DNA from: a virus
Taxonomy: Duplodnaviria > Caudoviricetes
Virus record (IMG/VR): IMGVR_UViG_3300035126_000079
Location: 1 to 63,304 of that record
Strand: one strand, 5' to 3'
Length of the DNA: 63,304 bases
The notes under the pieces were generated by a model. The model ran no database searches and had not been told where the DNA came from. It worked only from the letters and a program-made list of their open reading frames with translations. The position numbers and the translations under genes were made by a program. Below, piece after piece: positions 54,101-60,477 of the stretch. The first letter of the stretch is position 1. Each line of letters starts with the position of its first letter.

Positions 54101-56954
54101 TAAAGAAGGTATCCAAGAAGTTATTCCAATTTTAACTGGTGCAAGTGCGGCTAAGTGGGGCGGCAAACTAATTGGCTTTGCTGCTAACTCTATTGTTAAC
54201 GGAATCGAAGCTGGTGGCGCAGGGTATAACGGCACGGTAGCTAAAGCCGAAAAAGCCGGTATGAGTGAAGAAGCCGCGCATGCCGCTGGCCAAAAAGCAT
54301 TTGTTGCTACCGCTACCGTAGCTGCGGTGCTTGGCCCTATTGTTGATGCTCCGTTTATTAAGCGGGCTGCGGGTGACGTAGTTCAAAAGACAACTCTTGG
54401 TACAGTAGGTAAATCAGCGGCTAAAGAGATGCCGCTAGAATATGTAGAAGAAGGCGGGGCTCAAGGTTTTGAAGACTACTTTGCTACCGGCAAGGTTAAC
54501 GTAAACAACATTTTGACTGGCGCAACTGCGGGTATGGCGGTTGCTGGACACACTGTAGCCTCTATCCAATTAGGTGAGATGGCGCTTAGCAAAGTAGAAC
54601 AAGCGGCTTCTTCTGAAATACTTAACTCTGTTGCTGGCGATAAAGCGGGCGACTTACAGACTCAAGTTGCAAGCACTCTTGCCAATACCAAAAACTTGTC
54701 AGACGCCGGTACGCAGATTGCAGCTACGATGCAAGACGCAGGCATGAACCCTGCCCAAGCTCAGTCGGTTGCTAATACTGTTGTGGCCGAGGCGGTTGTT
54801 CATAACCTTACCAAAAATGGCAGCGAAGATACTAAGTTTAGCGTTGATAATTTAAATGCGCCTGTTGGTTTTGACACAGACGGCAACGCGGTCACAGTTG
54901 GTGACGTGCTTGGTTCTAGCGTAACAGGTAAAGGTACGGACTTTAAAGTCCAACCAGACGTAGTTATTGGAACTGCAAGTGATGGTAAACCCTTAACAAT
55001 CGGTGATTTGACTGGGTTGCAGGCTAAAGAAACCGCTATTACTACAGACGCAAAAGCAACTGCGGCTGCGGTGGATGCCAAATCAGATGTTGTTACTACC
55101 TTAGAAACTGCGGGGCTGTCTGAGACTAAGACCGAAGGTGAGGCTAAAGACGATGTTGTTACTACTTTAGAAACTGCGGGACTAACTGATACTAAAGATG
55201 GTACTCTTGAAAGCGTAATTTCAGATACAACCGCAGCAGATGCTAAAACTAAAGCTGATGCAGATGCCCAAGCCGTTACAGATGCTAAAACTAAAGCTGA
55301 TGCAGATGCCCAAGCCGTTACAGATGCTAAAACTAAAGCTGATGCAGATGCCCAAGCCGTTACAGATGCTAAAACTAAAGCTGATGCAGATGCCCAAGCC
55401 GTTGCAGATGCTAAAACTAAAGCCGATGCAGATGCTAAGGCTGCCGCAGATGCCCAAGCTAAGATAGACGCAGATGTTAAGGCTGCCGCAGACGCTCAAG
55501 CTAAGATAGACGCAGATATTAAAGCTGCTGCGGATGCTAAAACTAAAGCCGATGCAGATGCCCAAGCTGCTGCGGATGCTAAAACTAAAGCCGATGCAGA
55601 TGCCCAAGCTGCTGCGGATGCTAAAACTAAAGCCGATGCAGATGCCCAAGCTGCTGTGGATGCTAAAACTAAAGCCGATGCAGATGCCCAAGCTGCTACG
55701 GATGCTAAAACTAAAGCCGATGCAGATGCCCAAGCTGCTGTGGATGCTAAAACTAAAGCCGATGCAGATGCTGCTGCTGCAAAAACAAAGGCCGATGCTA
55801 AAGCCGCCGCAGATGCCCAAGCTAAAGCCGATGCAGATGCTAAGGCTGCCGCAAATGCCCAAGCTAAAGCCGATGCAGATGCTAAGGCTGCCGCAGATGC
55901 TAAAACTAAAGCCGATGCAGATGCTAAGGCCGCAGCGGACGCTCAAGCTAAGATAGACGCAGAAGTTAAAGCCGCCGCAGATGCCCAAGCCAAAGCCGAT
56001 GCAGATGTTAAAGCTGCTACGGATGCCCAAACTAAAGCCGATGCAGATACTAAGGCCGCAGCGGACGCCCAAGCTAAGATAGACGCAGAAGTTAAAGCCG
56101 CCGCAGATGCCCAAGCTAAGATAGACGCAGAAGTTAAAGCCGCCGCAGATGCCCAAGCTAAGATAGACGCAGAAGTTAAAGCCGCCGCAGATGCCCAAGC
56201 TAAGATAGACGCAGAAGTTAAAACTGAGCCTGACGTAATTTCTGAGTTAGAGACTGCGGGATTAACTGAAACTAAGCCCGACATAATTTCTGAACTAAAG
56301 ACTGAGCCTGAAGTTAAGGAAGAAATTAAAACTGAGCCTGAAGTTAAGGAAGAAGTTAAGACTGAGCCTGAAGTTAAGGAAGAAGTTAAGACTGAGCCTG
56401 AAGTAAAGAAAGAAGTTAAGACTGAGCCTGAAGTAAAGACCGAAACTAAGGTAACTACCGACCTGCCCAATATTAAAGACGCAGAAAAAGTTATTGACGA
56501 CCTAGATGATGACGTAATTGATAAAGTTACAACTCTGCTAGACGACCCAATTATTGATAAAATTATCAGTGACCCAACCAAACAGCCGCCACCTAAGCCG
56601 CCTAAGAATCCAAAGGATCCAAGCAAGCAAACGGGTCTAACTTGGCCTCAAGCTACCGCACTTGCGGGTTCTTTTGGCGTACCTCAATTGGCCAACGTGT
56701 TCTACTACGGCAAAGAATTTGGGGCTAAGAAGCAGAAGGTCGGCAAGTCGGGCAAGTTAGACCAAGAAGAATACAAGGCGCTGAGCGTCACCAAAGCCGG
56801 TGCTGAAGGTGAAAAGATTGAGGAAGAAGCACTTGCCCAGAAGGGCAAAACCGACGAAAATGACATTGAAGAATTGCTTAAAAAGATTGAAGGGTCAAGT
56901 GACAACGCTGCGACCCCTGAAGAAATTGAACAAATCGTAAGGCAAGGAGCCTAA
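51114..56954 (+). CDS. Giant (1946-aa) internal virion/ejection protein with extensive repeats
   Basis: Continuous ORF; DUF4214-like LY.TILGR..D.GG.AFW; Gly/Ala helical segments; Ala/Asp/Lys repeat rod. Confidence 0.75.
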   Translation: MALPTNFSNAYEDVYDVFGGRDATNDLVMQFKGMGLSDSDIVGIFAPYRPATVQAPAAQPPAAQPPAAQPPAAQPPAAQPPAAVETPAVQTPAAVEIPAAKTTDIVDDYIASIPESTMTVEDLYTTILGRPSDAGGKAFWENAFGPTVDESEKADFLQAAKAELATKTKEEQTALAPNLVGTTQTTADTTQVAAVEPEIVLTPEQIKEIEEGLKDIDFLGLKPANQGLGGPLFTIAPPEVQNAVDLKNGTYLTTTGTIVNASGNVLADTGSAATTTLTQQILGQGLTDKWQGQGHGSAQANAADMAKILTGIGITDIKQFGEVPLLAPVEEIGKTYNGNQVVKIDLGDGEIRNAVYQSTGQFDSDGNGIGQYVPIPKDAKIETLYGVSNGESYDAVDTSKVKIVDGKPVVDTGQKTFGNKETGQAVPNTYSERQTGNAFGGTFAGKGNTGYRVQFAPDGTPIFYTTGASSNDLANLMADLGPIGQIGLAIATGGLSIPQQIAANLAVNVLSGKDLGDSIKSAAISFAGAQIPGMDFMSDGASFIKDLGLSTELTNTLTNSFQNAAVSAGTALLSGQDVGEAMTRGFVTGGVNGAVNSLLGNIEGFGDLTANQKKMVTNAVTGVISGKPLDQIVINTAISAANSAIADAKGTTGSLDTNTEDTLTKAGLVDGNAATDADTITSLLANKDVVSSIGSDAVTTPDTLNLGGADALAKTLTDASTLIDTEFGDLKGAQDRNAANDQLRDTIKTSSSFNDAYALARKELGANKTFDWLNPKTGKVESFSTATKEERPDLNITAGDKALDALNASNLSTVTDASSTVAAQGDTAARRAAADKLSGLDNQSSAEIRRLTALNNSLVLGNAPNQSTAETARLAAQNRTAKLSAEESDSAITSVFKNVTGTVSGALGEQASALEGTLKASGAIGKNSLLAGMANGLTSYGANNVSTKAQDQEQGFITEIAKAGNTGNFWPDAGAKLKALPSAIINNPIGFGYTVVKEGIQEVIPILTGASAAKWGGKLIGFAANSIVNGIEAGGAGYNGTVAKAEKAGMSEEAAHAAGQKAFVATATVAAVLGPIVDAPFIKRAAGDVVQKTTLGTVGKSAAKEMPLEYVEEGGAQGFEDYFATGKVNVNNILTGATAGMAVAGHTVASIQLGEMALSKVEQAASSEILNSVAGDKAGDLQTQVASTLANTKNLSDAGTQIAATMQDAGMNPAQAQSVANTVVAEAVVHNLTKNGSEDTKFSVDNLNAPVGFDTDGNAVTVGDVLGSSVTGKGTDFKVQPDVVIGTASDGKPLTIGDLTGLQAKETAITTDAKATAAAVDAKSDVVTTLETAGLSETKTEGEAKDDVVTTLETAGLTDTKDGTLESVISDTTAADAKTKADADAQAVTDAKTKADADAQAVTDAKTKADADAQAVTDAKTKADADAQAVADAKTKADADAKAAADAQAKIDADVKAAADAQAKIDADIKAAADAKTKADADAQAAADAKTKADADAQAAADAKTKADADAQAAVDAKTKADADAQAATDAKTKADADAQAAVDAKTKADADAAAAKTKADAKAAADAQAKADADAKAAANAQAKADADAKAAADAKTKADADAKAAADAQAKIDAEVKAAADAQAKADADVKAATDAQTKADADTKAAADAQAKIDAEVKAAADAQAKIDAEVKAAADAQAKIDAEVKAAADAQAKIDAEVKTEPDVISELETAGLTETKPDIISELKTEPEVKEEIKTEPEVKEEVKTEPEVKEEVKTEPEVKKEVKTEPEVKTETKVTTDLPNIKDAEKVIDDLDDDVIDKVTTLLDDPIIDKIISDPTKQPPPKPPKNPKDPSKQTGLTWPQATALAGSFGVPQLANVFYYGKEFGAKKQKVGKSGKLDQEEYKALSVTKAGAEGEKIEEEALAQKGKTDENDIEELLKKIEGSSDNAATPEEIEQIVRQGA
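51279..51362 (+). repeat. 15-bp tandem repeat (CCCGCCGCTCAACCT) x5.6 encoding PAAQP
   Basis: Read directly from the sequence. Confidence 0.95.
55236..56220 (+). repeat. 42-bp tandem repeat array (~23 units) encoding ADAKTKADADAQAA variants
   Basis: Read directly; subtypes TKADAD and AKIDAE. Confidence 0.92.
56298..56445 (+). repeat. 30-bp tandem repeat encoding KTEPEVKEEV
   Basis: About five units read directly. Confidence 0.88.
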
Positions 56955-56955
56955 T

Positions 56956-57831
56956 ATGGGTGATGAAATTGACTGGAGTGTAGGTGAAACTGGATACGAC
57001 TCTGGTTCCCAAGGAGAGCTAGATAACTACCTTCAAAGCGGTGGCTATTATGCAAATGACGCGGTTGCCGACGACGGCACTACCGCCGGTATTAACGCTC
57101 AAATTGCAAATCAAAGCAGTCTATTTAGTAGCTCAGATCTCGCCAAACTGTTTAAAGATTCGCCTCTTTTACAAACCTTGGGTGCTGCTGGCTTAGGCAA
57201 CTTAGCCGACAAGATTTTTGATGTACAAAAAGGCCCCGGTGGTTACAGAGGTGGTATCCCCACTTTAACTGCGTATCGTCAACAATTGCCTATCCCAACT
57301 TCAATGATGAATGCAGCGGGCACTCCAATGTTAGATGCAAAGGGTATACCAATCCCCCGCCGACCCGGTTCTGGTGGCGTTACGTATTTCAGCCCAATGC
57401 AGTATCTTAAGCCCGGCCAAACCCCTACTCAAACTCCAGCAACCCCTGCGTCTACGGGCATTGCAACAGTACCTGCGTCTACGGCTCCCGCTGAATCTGT
57501 TGCTGCGCCTACAGAAGACATGTCCTATCAAAACTTTGCTCGTGGTGGTATTGCCAATTTAGGTGGTTACTCCGATGGTGGCCGCCTGCTCCGTGGCCCC
57601 GGTGATGGTGTGTCTGACAGCATCCCAGCTACTATTGGTAAAAGACAACCCGCTCGGTTAGCCGACGGTGAATTTGTTATTCCAGCACGTATTGTTTCTG
57701 AACTGGGCAATGGCTCAACAGAAGCTGGTGCGCGTAAACTATACGCAATGATGGACAGAATTAAGAAGGCTCGTGGCAAGGCCAAAAACATTGCTGCCGA
57801 TACCAAATCAGACAAGCATTTACCCGCTTAA
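56956..57831 (+). CDS. Internal virion protein
   Basis: FARGG, YSDGG and GPGDGVSDSIPA...LADGEFVIPA motifs. Confidence 0.75.
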   Translation: MGDEIDWSVGETGYDSGSQGELDNYLQSGGYYANDAVADDGTTAGINAQIANQSSLFSSSDLAKLFKDSPLLQTLGAAGLGNLADKIFDVQKGPGGYRGGIPTLTAYRQQLPIPTSMMNAAGTPMLDAKGIPIPRRPGSGGVTYFSPMQYLKPGQTPTQTPATPASTGIATVPASTAPAESVAAPTEDMSYQNFARGGIANLGGYSDGGRLLRGPGDGVSDSIPATIGKRQPARLADGEFVIPARIVSELGNGSTEAGARKLYAMMDRIKKARGKAKNIAADTKSDKHLPA

Positions 57832-57840
57832 GGAACGACT

Positions 57841-58776
57841 ATGGCTACCCCCTTAACAAATACAGGAGGCACAGCGGCCTCGGCATTGCCCGCTGCTGGT
57901 GGTACTTCAGAACAAACTCTGTCTAGTTACATAGGCCCGTATGTAACAAACATGCTTGGCCAAGCTCAAGCTATTGCCAACTCACCTTATCAAACCTATC
58001 AAGGCCCAATGACGGCTGGTGAGTCTGGCCTGCAAAGCAACGTGTTTAAAGGTTTGGGTAATCTCGCGTTTCCTACTCAATTAGGTCAAAGCTTTAGTTC
58101 TACTAGCGCATATCAACCGCCAACTATGGGTACTAATGCTTATACCCCCGGCGCTATTGGTACAGGTACAGGTGCGGGTGCAGGTATTGCTGGATTAAAC
58201 ACTGGAACTACTGGCGCAACAGGTGCTGGTACTCCGGGTATTGCTTCTCAGTACATGAACCCGTACTTGCAGTCCGTGCTTAACCCACAGTTGGAAGAAC
58301 TACGCAGGCAGTCACAGATTAATATGCAGCCCGGCTTAGCTAAGATGACTCAAGCTGGTGGTTATGGCGGCGGTCGTCAAGCCATTATGGAATCTGAAGC
58401 TAACCGCAATTTGTTGCAAGAGCAGAACAAAGCAATCGGCCAAGGGTACGCAAGTGCGTACGACAAGGGTATGGGTCAATTTAATACTGAGATGGGTCAA
58501 GCTAAAGATCTTACCAATATGATGGCCAATGCGGGTCAAGCACAACGTGGTATTGAGCAAGAAGGTATCACTGCCGACTACAATGAGTTCTTAGCTCAGC
58601 GCGACTACCCAATGAAGCAAACACAATACTTGCAGTCTATGTTGCAAGGTCTGCCTATCTCTACTGTAACTAATAGCCCATTAGGTAAATCCGGTATGGG
58701 TCAGCTAGCCGAGATTACTGGTAGTTTGCCTAGCGTTGAGCAGACGCTTAAAGATCTTGGTTTGATTCCTAAATAA
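57841..58776 (+). CDS. DNA ejection/transfer protein (putative)
   Basis: YMNPY.Q.V...GGYGGGRQA...DYP..Q...L pattern. Confidence 0.65.
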   Translation: MATPLTNTGGTAASALPAAGGTSEQTLSSYIGPYVTNMLGQAQAIANSPYQTYQGPMTAGESGLQSNVFKGLGNLAFPTQLGQSFSSTSAYQPPTMGTNAYTPGAIGTGTGAGAGIAGLNTGTTGATGAGTPGIASQYMNPYLQSVLNPQLEELRRQSQINMQPGLAKMTQAGGYGGGRQAIMESEANRNLLQEQNKAIGQGYASAYDKGMGQFNTEMGQAKDLTNMMANAGQAQRGIEQEGITADYNEFLAQRDYPMKQTQYLQSMLQGLPISTVTNSPLGKSGMGQLAEITGSLPSVEQTLKDLGLIPK

Positions 58777-58787
58777 AAGGTGGCAGC

Positions 58788-60476
58788 ATGAACTTAATGG
58801 AAGTACAAAGCAGGCTAAATAAGCTGCCCCCTTTACCCGAGTCAATCCAGTATTTGACGTCAGCGGCTCAAGGTGGTAACCCCCAAGTGCCTCCGTTTAT
58901 GGCGCTTGCTCGTATTAGCGAAATCAATAAAGAGATACAGTCGACGCAACAAGCGCAACCCCCTGCTGAACCTTTAAACGAAAGCCTACCTAAGCAAGCC
59001 CTGCAAAGTATGGGTATTGGTGCATTGCAGCAAGGACAACAGCAACAAGGTATGCAGCAAATGGCTCAGCAAGCTGGAGCCGCGCAACGAGCAGTGCCTC
59101 CCGGTATTCCTCAACCAGTGCGTCAACAACAGCCTCAACCACAACAGCCAATGCCCCAACAAGCACCTCAAGGTGCGCAACCCGTTCGTATGGCGGCGGG
59201 TGGTGGTTTGATGGGTGTTCCTGTTGACCCGCGCATGTTTGAGTACGGCTCAGGCGGCATTGTTGCTTTCAGTGGTGCAGACGGCGATCAAGAAGTTGAA
59301 GAAGATGATGAAGATAGCGTGGAGTCAGGCACTCTTAGTAATGCCGCTGAGTATGACGCGGCAGCAGAACTTCGCCGACTCCAACCTCAGTTTGAAGCGC
59401 GTATGAAAGCGGGTGCACGTCCTGTTCGTTCAACCGCAAAAATTGAAGAAGAATTAACTGCAAGAAAAGATTACGGCGTTGATGAAGGCCCAGTTGGTAA
59501 AGGCTATTTAGAAGGTCTCGCCTCATTAAAAGAAGCTAAATTAGCGGATCGCGCGCAACGACAAGCAAACCTCGATAAAAGCAAAGAATTTATAACGCCT
59601 AGAGCTCTGCTTGATTACAGCGATGCAACTCGTGGTCAAACAGGTATGGGTGGAATTGGTGCATTAGCTCGCAGCCGCATGAACGCTACTGAAAAATTCA
59701 TGGGCGAAGAAACTAACTTGCGCCAAGAAGGTATTAAAGTAGATGAGCTTCTTAACGAAGCGCAGTACAAAGTTCAAGCTTTGCGTCAAGCTCAGAAAAG
59801 TGGTGACATTAAAGCAGAACAAAAACTTGATTCTGATTTGGCTAAGATTGCTAAAGACTTGGACGTGGCTAAGAGCAACCTTGTTGGTAAAGCTCTTTCC
59901 GGTAACCTTGGTGTTATTAAGAGCCAAATTATGGCCGACGCTCAAATTCAATCTGCAAAAGAAAGAGCCAAAAATAAAGGCGCTGGTGGTGCAAAGAAAC
60001 CCACTGACTTGGGTACATCTTACGAGATTGAATTAGCTGCTTTGATTGCTGAAGGCGAACCTGACGACGCAAATACACGCAAGCGGGCTATGAATATAGC
60101 TCAAGATCGTTTAAGCAAATCAGCTAGTACAAATCGTGTAGAAGTTAGCAAAGTTGAAAAAGCCAATCAAGAATTCCTTGAAAGATACTACACCCCAGAA
60201 TATTCAGACCTGCGCAAGATGCGCAAAAAGAACCCAACTGAATATGCGGCGGGTATTGCTAAACTTAAAAACCAAATTAAAAATGAGTTTGGAATAGCGC
60301 CAACTGTAATGTCTGGAGGTAATGCGCCAGCCCCTGCCGACTCTCCAGCCCCTGCTGCCGCTCCAGCCGTTTCAAGCACGCCGCCTGTAAGTAAGTTAAA
60401 AGAAGGTGTTGCAACAAAGTTTGGAAACGGGCAAACTTGGACTCTTAAGAACGGTCAACCAGTACAAGTGAAATAA
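58788..60476 (+). CDS. Internal virion/ejection protein
   Basis: Q-rich N-terminus; MAAGG and YGSGGIVAF; coiled coils. Confidence 0.7.
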   Translation: MNLMEVQSRLNKLPPLPESIQYLTSAAQGGNPQVPPFMALARISEINKEIQSTQQAQPPAEPLNESLPKQALQSMGIGALQQGQQQQGMQQMAQQAGAAQRAVPPGIPQPVRQQQPQPQQPMPQQAPQGAQPVRMAAGGGLMGVPVDPRMFEYGSGGIVAFSGADGDQEVEEDDEDSVESGTLSNAAEYDAAAELRRLQPQFEARMKAGARPVRSTAKIEEELTARKDYGVDEGPVGKGYLEGLASLKEAKLADRAQRQANLDKSKEFITPRALLDYSDATRGQTGMGGIGALARSRMNATEKFMGEETNLRQEGIKVDELLNEAQYKVQALRQAQKSGDIKAEQKLDSDLAKIAKDLDVAKSNLVGKALSGNLGVIKSQIMADAQIQSAKERAKNKGAGGAKKPTDLGTSYEIELAALIAEGEPDDANTRKRAMNIAQDRLSKSASTNRVEVSKVEKANQEFLERYYTPEYSDLRKMRKKNPTEYAAGIAKLKNQIKNEFGIAPTVMSGGNAPAPADSPAPAAAPAVSSTPPVSKLKEGVATKFGNGQTWTLKNGQPVQVK

Positions 60477-60477
60477 T

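Noticed and set aside
55221-56626. Long antisense and alternate-frame ORFs (325 aa, 227 aa, 140 aa)
   Set aside because: They are shadows of the 42-bp and 30-bp tandem repeats.
51114-56954. Tape measure protein
   Set aside because: No tail tube or tail assembly chaperone genes are recognisable; the context (gp10-like hub, ejection genes) is podoviral.
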